A DNA stretch of 64,000 nt from Camelus dromedarius (Eukaryota), in assembly GCF_036321535.1 (NCBI RefSeq), contig NC_087436.1, forward strand, positions 72,728,001-72,792,000, read 5' to 3'. Made by a program: the position numbers and the translations under genes. The first letter of the stretch is position 1. Every line of letters starts with the position of its first letter. The notes beneath the pieces are model-generated. The model saw nothing but the letters and a program-made list of their open reading frames with translations, was not told the DNA's origin and did not search any database. Shown piece by piece: positions 51,996 to 64,000 of the stretch.

Positions 51996-54695
51996 CAAAA
52001 ATACTTTGGCATTTTTGGTTTTCTCCATTTCACTTTTTGATACTGTTATTCATTTGTTTGTTTCACTTTTGCTCTTGGGAATATAAGCTTTAGAAATAAA
52101 AACCAAATCAAAAGACTTGACTAGGTAAGAAAAATCATGCTCTGTTGGGCTCACTACTGGTCACATCAGCAGACTCTCCACTCCTGCAGGGGCTCAATTT
52201 TCAATAGACTCAGAGATGCCAGAATAAAATATTGTCAAGTCACTTTTATTGCCCCAATAGCAGGTGAATATGGATGGAGAAAGCCCCTACCTTCCTATTC
52301 CTAAAAGTTCATTGGCTTTTTTTGTTTTAAAGAAACATGAAAAGAAGCATCATTATTTTTAGATAGCCTCTTTAGGGGAAAAACAAGTCAAGCAGCAAAT
52401 CAAGCTTTCTCTAAGAACTGACTTTGCCTCTGGGAAAAGGGTTTCTAAGCAGCTGGACTATAAATATTTGCTGAATAAATGGATGAATAAACAAATGTAT
52501 GACTTAATTAATATTGTCTCTGATACTGATGAGTGTCTCTGTGGTTTTGCTCTTTCAATAGCCACTTATCCAGGAAAGGGGGGCTAGAGAGGCAACCCTC
52601 TGAGCTACTCAGGGTGTGACTAGTTTCCTAAACTTGGCAATCAAACTGAGACTGTGTCACTGTTTTGCTACCCATTGCCATAGTAATCATGGGTATGGCT
52701 GCACAAGCCGAAGACTAATGTCAACATTTCCCCCATTTTTCTGGTTGAAATTCTTTCCCCTTAAACTCAAAAATACAGGAAAGCCACTCTTCCCTTTGCT
52801 TATCATTCTGATATAGACAGGTTTGCACATTTTTGCTGAAAACAGATCTGCTGTAATTAATGGAAGATTGCATTAATGTATATGAAAAGGAAGAGTCCTA
52901 GAATTCATACCCTTATGAAAAGTGTGTGTTTCATCTCTCCTTCTTTGAGCTCAACACAATACTTCTTGATTTAAGACTATCTTTTTAAAAAGCTGAAACA
53001 GGTTGCATGGGAATTCTTCCATTGAACTCTACCCAGTAATGACTTGAATGTAAATTTCATTCCCACTTCAACTTGTGTGCTCTCATGGACTGCCCTTAGC
53101 AGGACCAGAACTAAAGCAAATACAGGAACTTTGCTATAGTATTTGGTGTAATTCAAATTTCCTCCTACTTCTGAAGAATTTAGTTACAAAACGTCCAAAA
53201 AAGACCCACTAACTTGTAGATCTACTGTCAAGATATTTTTCAACACTGACTCCAAGAAAAGACCAATCATGAAACTGACAATCTTTTTTTCCCTCAGTCC
53301 CTGGTGCTAATTTCCAACCTTTATCAAATATACCTACTCCCTCATTCACAAATTATTGGCAATAGTAGTGCTCACTTCATGGGTTGTTACTAGGAAGAGA
53401 TAAGTTAATACATGTTAAGTGATTAGAAATGTTCATTTTTATCACTATGAAGCCAAGCTATGCTATTTTAATTTTTAATGTATTTCTCTATTCTATAGAG
53501 GAAAAAAATTAGTTCATCATCATTTTTGTCCTCGACCCCAAATGCCAAATCATGACCAAAATATTTTTCCCTGCACTATGTAATTTTTTTATTGGGTTGG
53601 AATTAAGCTGCTTTTGAAAGTTTCAAACAAAGGAATGTAGGAGGGAAGGGGCTAAGTGGAAGGACTGAGACTTCAGAAGGATCAAGTGGACGAGAATTAC
53701 CCTGTAAGCTCAGAGAGGACAAGGACCCTAACATCCACATGCCTCATTGTTCACAGCATCTAGAACACTGCTTTGTGAAAAAGTTAATTGATGAATGAAA
53801 AAATAATAAAGAAGTGAATGAGAGATGCCAAATAACCTTAAAGTCCTGTAAAATGCTGGTTCATGGAAGAGTTAGACATTAGAGTAAATAGGACTTAATA
53901 ACTATAAATTGAGCTGATTTAAGTTTTCCTTGTCTTCCACCAGTTATCATGTCTATCAGAAACTGTGACATTCATATCTCACACTCCTCAAAATGACGTC
54001 ACAGAAGAACAGAGGTTAGAATATGAGACTCAGACTTCTCTGGCAAATTTTATGACAGATTCTAATTGTAGTCTTAAAAGTAGTCTTATACTTTTACATG
54101 TTACTTCAGAACCCTCAAAATAAAATGTCATTTTACTTAAAAAAATGTCCTGACCTAGTATATTTTAGTTAGCTTAGAGTAAATTTTCCCAATCAACATA
54201 TTTATTTTCCACTTTCTAACCACTGCCATTTTCATCTTCCAGACTTGTGCCAAGTAGAAGGAAATGAATGCCTGCAAGTACTCAGCTTGGGGACACACGT
54301 GTTACAGGATGAAACAGCTCACCCTAGAGAACCATCTATTGTACCCAGTGGTACTTAATTGGAAATTAAAATGTTTTTTAAAATACCTAATTTGAAACTA
54401 TCATAGGTATTTAGTTGATTTTAGAATAGAATGCAAATTTTGTTTGAGTAAAATTATACTTTAAGAACTCAAAGTTTTTTCCCACTTTCAATTTAGATCC
54501 AGATTCGCAGAACCTCTCAGCGCCAGCTCCCTGAAGAGACATTCCATCTTCTCTCCAAGCACTGTTCGAGAGCAGCATTTCTCAAATGTCTTTGACCAGA
54601 ATACACTTAGCTAAGCGGGAGAAGAAAGAAAATATGGATTACCTACGTCACTGATTCTACTGTTGAAAAAATTTTCAATAGAAAAAACTGGAGAG

Positions 54696-55507
54696 ACCTC
54701 ACACCAGTCAGAATGGCCGTCATTCAAAAATCCACAAATGACAAATGCTGGAGAGGCTGTGGAGAAAGGGGAACCCTCCTACACTGCTGGTGGGAATGCA
54801 GTTTGGTGCAGCCACCATGGAAAACAGTGTGGAGATTCCTCAAAAGACTAGGAATAGACTTACCATATGACCCAGGAATCCCACTCCTGGGCTTGTATCC
54901 AGAAGGAAATCTACTTCAGGATGACACCTGCACCCCAATGTTCATAGCAGCACTATTTACAATAGCCAAAACATGGAAACAGCCTAAATGTCCATCAACA
55001 GGTGACTGGATAAAGAAGACGTGGTATATTTATACAATGGAATACTACTCAGCCATAAAAACCGACAACATAATGCCATTTGCAGCAACATGGATGCTCC
55101 TGGAGAATGTCATTCTAAGTGAAGTAAGCCAGAAAGAGAAAGAAAAATACCATATGAGATCGCTCATATGTGGAATCTAAAAAACAAAAACAAAACAAAC
55201 AAACAAAAACAAAGCATAAATACAGGACAGAAATAGACTCACAGACAGAGAATACAGACTTGTGGTTACCAGGGGGTGGAGGGTGGGAAGGGATAGCCTG
55301 GGATTTCAAAATTGTAGAATAGATAAACAAGATTACACTGTATAGCACAGGGAAATATACACAAAATGTTATGATAACTCACAGAGAAAAAAATGTGACA
55401 ATGAGTGTGTATATGTCCATGAATGACTGAAAAATTGTGCTGAACACTGGAATTTGACACATTGTAAAATGATTATAAATCAATAAAAAAAGTTAAAAAA
55501 AAAAAAA
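54696..55507 (+). mobile_element. Young 5'-truncated LINE-1 with intact ORF2 C-terminus, 3' UTR, poly(A) and 16-bp TSD
   Basis: Uninterrupted ORF 54713-55180 with the Cys/His knuckle ([19 protein letters not shown]) ending RSLICGI*; AATAAA plus A-tail; TSD AGAAAAAACT(G/A)GAGAG at 54680-54695 and 55508-55523. Confidence 0.97.
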
Positions 55508-56057
55508 AGAAAAAACTAGAGAGGAACAAAAGAACAACAACAACAACAAACATAGTAGTATCTCAGCAATTTACACAACAACAAAGCCATTATGAAAAGT
55601 GTACTCTAGGCATAATTCTATAAATAAACCTGCATAATAGAAGAAATGGAAAACTGTAACTAACTTAAAACAACCCTAATATAATGAAATCAGAGAATCT
55701 TCCTTGAAAATGTGGGAAATTCCAACGACCTGAGTATGTATTAGACGCTCTTATCAAGCCTGGCTTGACAGTGAGAATCTTTAGTAGAATATTACATTTG
55801 GATCCTCTTAAATTTTAGAAGCATTATAATTTTAATTCACGAATCTCAAATTGCCACAGTCCTTAGAAATTCACTTAGAAGATCACTCACTCCTGGGTAA
55901 GATTTGTTTGAACATAAAAGTAAATGTCTATTTAATTCCCAAACTTTTCCTACTCCTAAAAAATGAGAAAAAGACATTCTAAATGACATTTGGGCTTTAG
56001 GCTTTGCTGTGAGATCGCCAGAGTTCAGTGGCTTCCTTGCTGATTATGTGCATTTTG

Positions 56058-56072
56058 GTGCCACCTGCTGTT
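56058..56072 (-). promoter_or_regulatory. Candidate CTCF motif
   Basis: Minus strand ACAGCAGGTGGCAC matches CCASYAGRKGGCRS at 13 of 14 positions. Confidence 0.35.
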
Positions 56073-56574
56073 AGGATGTGGCAGGACAGGACAGAAGTTC
56101 ATAAGCTAAAGCACAAATACTTACCTAGCCCTCCTCAGTGTCAAACACTGAGCTAGACACAGGGGCTGCAGTAAGACAGACTGCTTCCTCCGCTGTCAGA
56201 GGAGGCAAACATCAGTCAAATAATCACAAGAGAAGTCAAATAATCTCCAAGAGGGAAAGGTCCTAGGCTCAGAGATCTGCGTGCTGATGCTGAAGTCAGG
56301 GTCAGGGGTCTCTAGGTAAGTAGGGAGGAAGGAGAGCATGCCAGGAGGGGTGGGGACAGGGAGTGAGGGAAACCCATGGTGGTGGGAACCTAACAAGCTG
56401 GATGGAAGGGCAGGTGTCAGCGGCAGAGGAAGCTGAAAAGATAATAATAGCTAACATTTCCGCAGTCAGAGTTCCCCACCTTGAATATGCTAGAAGTGGC
56501 AATAGAGTAGAAATGATTTACTCAAGAAATTACATAGCAATTACAATGCTTCCAGGAGGTTTTATAAGTGATTA

Positions 56575-56765
56575 CAAATATTAACTTTAAACATTTTCCT
56601 AAACCCTATGAGGGAGGGACCAATTATTAGCCTCGTCTTAGAGATGAGGAAACTGAGGCATAGAGAAATTAAGTAACTTCTCAAGACAGTCCAGCAAGGG
56701 AGTGTTAGAGGCAGGAACTGGACCTTGGCAGTCTGGGCTCCAGGCTCCATGCTCTTAACTACACT
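56575..56765 (-). mobile_element. MIR SINE within L2 fragments
   Basis: 'gatgaggaaactgaggcatagagaaattaagtaactt...ggcagtctgg.ctccagg.ccatgctcttaact'. Confidence 0.9.
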
Positions 56766-57619
56766 CTCTCTCAGGTCTTGGATTACTTGAGCTTTGTGGG
56801 GTGTGTTATCTTCACAGCACTGGGCAGTCACTGAAGTGTTCTAAGGAAGATAAAACATGATGAGACTTGTGCTTTGAAGACACCATTCTGGCCACAAGAT
56901 GGGGATGAGATGGGAGTGGTAGAGGCTGGGTGGGAAACGATTAAACTCCACACGAGGAAAGTGCATTATTACTGGTTTGAAGAAGATGGTGTCTGTGGGG
57001 AGGGAGAGAAGTAGACAGATGTGAAAGAAATTTAGAAACTACAGCAAACAGGACTTGGTGGTGGATTGGTTATTGGGAGGAGGTAGTAAAAGAGAAGGAA
57101 CATTCAAGGATGCATTTTGAATTTTCAGATATAGAACTGGATGTTCTTTCACAGAAAAAGGGAACTAAAAAAACAAGACCCTGTCATCAATTCTTTCACT
57201 CCAAAACCCAAAATGCAATAACCTTAAGAAACTCAAAACAACATACATTTTTTTCTTGGAAGATAAGATAACATGATTAATTAACACTTAACATTTTTTA
57301 ATGAAGGGAGAGGGTGCCCATCATATGTCTCTTCTCCTGTCTGCCAGAGCTACTTGAAACTCTTCTATCTCATTCTTCTTACCAGACTTCCCCAACCTGA
57401 GTGTGTGAAAGGTAGCAATGGAGCAGAAAGAAATTACTCAAGACAAACATGCAGCTAGGGCCAACCCAATGCTACTGCAAAGTTTCCTGGGATGGGATCA
57501 TATTGCCTTTCTTATCAGAGCCACTTGAAAGCATAAGAGGCCTTCATTCTAGCCAGAGAACAAATGTACAATGGGGAGAAGTAGGTGGAGATATGATAGA
57601 TTGAATGTAATTCTTTCCA

Positions 57620-57930
57620 ATAACAACAAGATGATGATTAAATAAAATAATCATATATTCACATTGGAATACCTACGGAGCAATTAAAGATGCTGCTGCA
57701 GGGAAATATGTAATGAGTGGAGAGGATAATTAAATAAAGAAAGTAGGCGACAAAAACAGTGTGTTCTATAATTTCATTTAAAAGATAGATATGCATGGAA
57801 AGAGACTAGAAGACGTGTCCCAAGATGTCAGCATTGGTTATGTCAGGACAGATGAATTACTGGTGTTCTTCACTTTTTTTTTTCGTTTGTGTAGATTGTG
57901 TATAATGACTAGGCATCTATTTTAATCAGA
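57620..57930 (+). mobile_element. L1ME 3' end fragment
   Basis: 'atattcacattggaatac...gcaattaaa...aaaaacagtgtg...gcatggaaagagactagaag...cattggttatgtc'. Confidence 0.6.
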
Positions 57931-60900
57931 AAAAATGTAGTTTTTTGAGAAACTGCAAGAAAAAGATGCTCTTTAATGGATATAATCCCCCGGCATGGCC
58001 TCTAATCTGTTAATATTCAGTTTAATTGTATCGAGCAGCTGCCAGTGGACCCCATTATAGAGCACAATGTTCTCATCAACATCTTTGGAATACTATCAAC
58101 ATTCACAGTGTAGCTAAATAAATTGACAAACTCAAGATTGAACATTGTTTCTAATAACGAGGAATTGGGGCTGAAGCAAACAGTTGAAAGTTAAAGGAAA
58201 AATAAATAAATTCCACATTAAAATTAAAACAAAATTTTACAAAAGGACATGGAAGAAACCACGTTTACAAAAAATATGTGGAGATTTTAGTTGACTTCAA
58301 GTTCAGTATATGCCAAAAGTGTAAAAAGACACAGAATATTAACTTGCAATGTTTTAAAGTACCCTTTCTGTATCAGAAAAGGTAAGAGTGAAAAAGAGTT
58401 TTTGCAGTTCTCCACAATATATCTGAAGGAATTTGACAAACTAGGTAACGAGGAACTTGAATGCACGCCAAATGACATTCTCAGCGGAGGGGCAAATGCT
58501 ATGGAAGATGTGGTAAGGTTTTCAAATACTGGAAAAGTTTCGTTGTGTAAAGAGTGGACTCCTTCAGTGTAAAGAATAAAGGCAAATGGATGGATGCTAC
58601 TGAGGTGGAAATTACAGTGAAAGCTTCCTGAAAACAATAGACTTTACAAACAGAAGTTGTGTCAGTGGTGGTAATGGTGGCGGTGGTGGTGATTTCTGAG
58701 CATCCTGCATATACTAAAAGCCCAGACTTGAAGAAGAAACACAGTTCCCACTTTTCTGCTCTTCATCATGGCACGTGGTTTCAACGACGCTGTTACTGGT
58801 CCGTATTCTCTGGCTTCAAAAGTAATATAGGGAATATTGCAGAAAGAAGGAAGAAAACCTGATGGTATAAACTAAACACAGTTAAGCAAAAGGGGAAATT
58901 AACAGAAGACAAAGAGACGAAGGAAGTAGAGAAGCCCTTTCTTTTTGCTTTCCATTATTTAATCTCTCCTGTGCTTTCTTTAACCCATATTCCTGTCAAT
59001 GTTTTTCAGCTGTCATCTCCTTCTTCTTAAAGAATGGACACAGTGTGGTTCAGTGAATTCTAGAATATTTGGGAATTTAAGTAGAGAACTTTAGAACCTC
59101 AATAACCACAAAGTTTGCATAGTAATCAACATCCCAAGATATTGCACAATATAAGAACAAAGTGGAGTTTAGATATACTGATGGCACATGAATTTATAAT
59201 GAGTCATTAAAGGGACTTGGGGACAGACACATCCTGTCAAGATGACATCACTAAGCCCACACTTCTCTGACCTCTAAAAGGCCTTGGTTCTTTTTCAACC
59301 ATTAAAAAATAAAAAGAAAAGAAAACCTGAATGCCTGGTGGCCAGTGTTTCCCACCATCTCTCCTTTCTGAGCATCTACCTTTAGAAAAAAATATTTTTG
59401 AGTACACAAAGCCTGATTTGTCCCTGCAAGCTAGAGTTACTTGCCCTGGTGAGAAGAAAGGTTGTAGCCTTGGTTTCTTAATTTAAACGTAATTAAATTT
59501 AATGAGCAGAAAAAAACAAGATACTGCAATAGGAGATAAAAAGCAGTGGGATTGTTGCATCATTGGCACAATATACCTTAGCTAGTTTTAAGATATAGAA
59601 TAATTGTCGATTCTTGAGAAGAGGTAAATGATCAGTTGATCAGTATATTATTACTTCTTGATAAACATTAGATGACATGTTAAATCCTAAATTAAGTCAC
59701 AAAGATGGTTTTGGAGGAAAGAGAGGGCATCGATTTTTACAATTCTCATTCAGAAACATCATTTCTGATATTTTCTTGTGTTTGGAAGATGAGGAGGTCT
59801 ATGCAAAATATTAACTCCTCTGAACTGTAATTTTCCTTAACCATATGAATAAAAGGACCAGGTATCATTCCCCATGGTCGTCACTCGTATAGCTGTGACT
59901 TGCATAAAATTGTTAAGCTAGTCTATAAAGCTGACATCCTGAGGCTGTTCTTCTGCCAAAGAGAAAGAAGGTAATTGTTTCACAGGAAAAGAAAAAATGC
60001 TTAAAGTAAGAGATGCCTCTGGTCTAATGCACTTTAACTCGTAGAGTGAGGAGGAGTAGAAATCTTAACAATTATAAAATGCTTGCATTAGCATCATTGT
60101 GCTGCACCTTCTCACTTGGTGATGTTCTCCATTACTTACTTGTGGGTGCTACATCTGTAACATGTGTTGAAACATCTTCCCAGTACATTTTTCATTTCTT
60201 CCTGTAGATGGTAAAGAAGGCAAAAATAAGCTGCTCCCTAAAACTTGGAAAAAACATTGTTCTCCAAGAGCCAAAATATAAAATCAATATATCACAGGAT
60301 AGAGAAGAGAGGTACACAATTACTCCAAAGAGACTATGGCTTCCAGGTTGTCAGAACCGACTGTTTCACCACTAGATGTATTAACATAACAAAGGAGAGT
60401 TTGTGACTATCACAGGGAAGTCAGTGTACCAGCAGAGTTCAGCGCAGGAAACTGAAATTACAGTCATGGAGCCTTCTTTCCAACCATGGAATCCTCTCAC
60501 CCAAGAGTACTACCAAACTGAGTCAGCCTCAATCAAGAGGATAAGAAATTGAGAAATTGCCGAAACTCTTTTATTCAAGAATATACCGTGATAGTTATTC
60601 AGAGTCAAAAAGCTGCCACCATGGCAACTGGTTTTCAAAGCAAGAGACTGGATGCTGGAACATTGTTGTTTATTAGCAGGAAACAGCTAAAAGCATCAGA
60701 AAATAAAAATGAGCTCAGTCTCCCATCTCTCTCAAATATTGTACGGATGTCTCACTGGAGAACCTATTTCACCCGCAGAACCCTAGTTGCACAGGAGAAT
60801 GGGAATGGTAAGTTTTACCTTTCTAACCTCTGCAGTGCAGGAACACCTGCTACAAGGAGATAAGGATGGATGTTCAAAGCCAACCCACCACATCTACCAT

Positions 60901-62029
60901 GGCCACCAAGTGCTCTCTAAGGAACTAGTGGCACTTACAGTCTGATCATAGAGATGAATGCATGGAATTAGCTTAGTCTGATTTTTCTCAACATTTATAT
61001 CAAAGGACTCTCTCTGGATTCCATGTTCCCAGGCAACCATCTGATCACAACTTTGCTTCCCATACACTTGCATCTGGGGAGAAGATGCACTGGCCAGAGG
61101 ATCTTAGTTTTCCTAGGACTCGTATTTCACACTTTAATTGCCTTATTTGCTCAGTGCTAATATGCTAATTATAGCATATGCCACTTATTTTAAAAGAATG
61201 TTAATAAAAAATACTAGAAGAGTTTTCTCCATCACAAAAACCCCTTCCTTTTTGAAAACATGGACGTGTTAAAAAAAAATTTGCAATTTAGGATCTAGGA
61301 AATATAGTAGTACATTTGCATCTTGATTTTACGACTGATTTTCTAAGGTTAACTACACCTCTTCCAAGAACCAGCTCCATTTCTATTGTGTTTATATGCT
61401 CTGGTTTCTAAATCAACACAGCTGAAGGTCAGACTGGATAGTACTGTGACTAGGAAAACGGTGCCCTGTGCAGACCCTGCCTTGGTGACCAGCCCATGTT
61501 GAGTAGACGACATCTGTCTGGCCTTTTGTTCACATGACCTGGTCCATTCAAAGCTGTTAACACTTCTAAGTTGATGTCCATTTATTCAGTGAAGTTCAGT
61601 GAGGACAAAAAGGCAGGTCAATTGCAGAGCCTTTCTATCTTACATGAACAGAAATAACACAACGTCAGAGGCAGAAGTTTCTGTGCCTATGACGCAGCAC
61701 TATTCTTATCTTTGTTACTTTACTGTTTCACGGGTATCTCAAGTAATGATTATCATTGTATGTGAGGTGCCATAAAACAAACAAGCCAAAAAAACCTGAG
61801 ACAAGTAAGGTAAGTAATCAGAATTTCATGACTTAATTATGCAGGACAGCTACCACCACCACCACCATTTTTAGCAAATAAACCAAGGAGTCAGCAAGTT
61901 AGAGAGGTCATGTAAGAACAAAATATCAAGTCAGTTTACAGTCTCAACAATCTAGGAAATGTAATAGAATTGATTCCACAATGATTATATGTACGTGTTT
62001 ACACATTCTCTTATTTAAATATATGGGAA

Positions 62030-62250
62030 GTTGTGGGTTCAAATCACAACTTTGCCACCTTTGATTCATACGGCTTTTGGCAAGTTGCTAATGTCAATGA
62101 GTATGTTTCTCCACTGGAAATTGGAGATAATGATACCTACCTCAGAGTTTCTGTAAAGATGGAAATGAAGTAATATAGGTAGAATGCTAAACATAAAGCT
62201 TGAAAATAAAATATACTTAATATAGAGTCGTTACTATTACAATTATTAAC
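62030..62250 (+). mobile_element. MIR SINE
   Basis: 'gggttcaaatc...tttgccac...ttggcaagttgct...ggagataatgatacctacctcagag...tactattac'. Confidence 0.75.
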
Positions 62251-63149
62251 AAGCACATAATTGTTTGGGAAGGAAGCTGACACACAGCACAAACATGAGT
62301 AAGTGACAGAACATCATTCAGCGGAAAAGAACCTGTAACCATGGTGGGAGAATCCTAGAGTGGAGTCTAGTCTGGCCATGTTTGTGAACTTAATAAAGAT
62401 TTCCTTTAAGTGGCGTGATATAGCTGTGCGTGTGGGCAGGAGAAGGTCTCCCAGGCACGCAGGAAAGATGTGGATCATCAAACAAGTTTTGTTAGGGACC
62501 TTGACGTGAACTACCTCCTACACTGCAAATGATTATAACATCTGCTGTGAATCAGCTATCAGAAGACCCAGTGTTGTCCCGGTCCTATTTAAACCTGTCT
62601 GGTGGAAACTTGGGAATTTCCATTGGCATTTGCATTCGGTTTATAGTCTCAAACAGGGTTTAGGTACAAATACCACTTACCTTGAAGAATTTATCTTAGT
62701 CTTATTCGCAAACCTTATGTGTTTTTTTCCTCCACTTCTGACACTAATTAGAAAACCAGCATTCGCGTCTGTATTATTTTTCAAAGACAAATTCATAACA
62801 GGTTTGACAAATTCTGGCAAGTAAGCCAGAAAAAAAAAAAAAAAAGGAAGACAGACAAAAGCACAGGCATGTCTGAATAAAAACTGCAAAACAATCAGGG
62901 TCAGGAGTTAATAGAGACTTATATGGAAGAGAGGACCAATCTTTTAAGTTCATCCATTCTATCTCAGTCCTCTGCTGTGTGTGGATTGCTCCCTGTACAT
63001 GGGCCAGCTTCAGATGGGGGAAAGTGCTGAGCTGGTCCTGAGAAGAAGGGAAGTCATCTCTTCTTTGATGAGTCAGATGTAGGAAGTATTATGACCCGCA
63101 AGCCTGTGAGGGCATTTCCATATCACCTCTTTCCTGCTCATGTCTGCCT

Positions 63150-63850
63150 GCAGACATCGGTGCCATTGGAATGATTCCTAATTCTACATCTTTGGCTCTG
63201 ATTCTCATCTGAGTTGAGAATCAGATTGCTCAGCTGCCTACAAAAATCTCTTACTGGCAGTTCTGTTAGTACATCAACCCAACAAGAGTGAAACCAAACC
63301 AAGCATCTAACATCACTAGTCCTCCTCCACCAAGAATAAATTTTCATTATTTAATTACCATTTCTATCCTGAGCCCCATCATTCCTTCAGTCACCCAGAC
63401 TGACACCCCTCCAATCATCTTCAACTTTTCTAGTCCTTGCTATCCACAATGAATCAGTATTCACCAAATCTCCCTCTTCGATACCAAGATGTTTATTTAA
63501 TCCACCTTTATCTATTTCCATCGATGCTACTCTAACTTAAATTCTTGAAATTCTTACCTGGAGTTTTATAATTTGCTCATAACTGGTTCCCTTTCCTCCT
63601 GTGTCTCCATGGTCCAACCCATCCTTACTCCACTGCCAGTTTGACCTTCAGATTATATAAAAACCTAATTATGTTTAAAAATGTTCACATTCTTCCCACT
63701 ACTGCCTATCAATAAATGTCAAACTTCTTAGCCCAGCCATTAAGACCCTCTATTATCTAGCTCCATATTTGCTAGACATTGATCTTCCATGATTCCTGTA
63801 TCCCAATCTACATTCCATCCAAACTGAGCTGTAAATACTTATCATCCGTC
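63150..63850 (+). mobile_element. Degraded L2 LINE
   Basis: 'cagtcacccagac...tcatcttcaac...tcttacctgga...ctcataactggt...ccatccttactccactgccag...ttcccact...aaatgtcaaacttcttagc'. Confidence 0.7.
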
Positions 63851-64000
63851 TCTCCCTTTGGCTGGGATAGCTCTACAATGGGTGTTTTACACTGGCTTCT
63901 AGAATTTTGTCTATGGCATAAGCCTGATCTTCCACAGTGGTTGTGCATCTTCATTGGTTGCTTCCTTTCCTTGTGTCTCTCCCCTCACTCCTCTGCTGGC

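Noticed and set aside
53994..54001. Full CRE TGACGTCA (also 50402-50409)
   Set aside because: Isolated 8-mers, one within L2-like DNA; no supporting context.
58291..58572. 93-aa ORF with natural-looking composition
   Set aside because: Non-ATG start, no recognisable homology and weak splice signals.
1..64000. Novel multi-gene system, CRISPR array or prokaryote-like operon
   Set aside because: Typical repeat-rich mammalian non-coding DNA; no regularly spaced repeat-spacer array and no long non-L1 ORFs.

Overview
Mammalian (eutherian) non-coding genomic DNA: AT-rich, CpG-depleted and dense in interspersed repeats (L1, L2, MIR, MaLR/ERV LTRs, hAT and Tigger relics) plus microsatellites. The younger L1 3' ends look cetartiodactyl-type, and I saw no Alu, B1, SINEC, PRE1 or Bov-A SINEs, so a camelid genome is my tentative guess (inference only). 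I found no recognisable host protein-coding exon, RNA gene or CpG-island promoter; the only ORFs with identifiable products are L1 ORF2 fragments. The window is most likely intergenic or deep intronic. I did not find a novel biological system. The best items are mechanistic footprints: a perfect 40-bp copy inserted into a (TA)n tract, a 5'-inverted (twin-primed) L1, a young L1 with TSD, a possible retroposed 3'-UTR with a local 65-bp duplication, and a Tigger2/MLT2 inversion junction. There are also a few candidate enhancer motif clusters and exon-like segments. Repeat family names come from my recollection of consensus sequences; boundaries are approximate unless TSDs are given.
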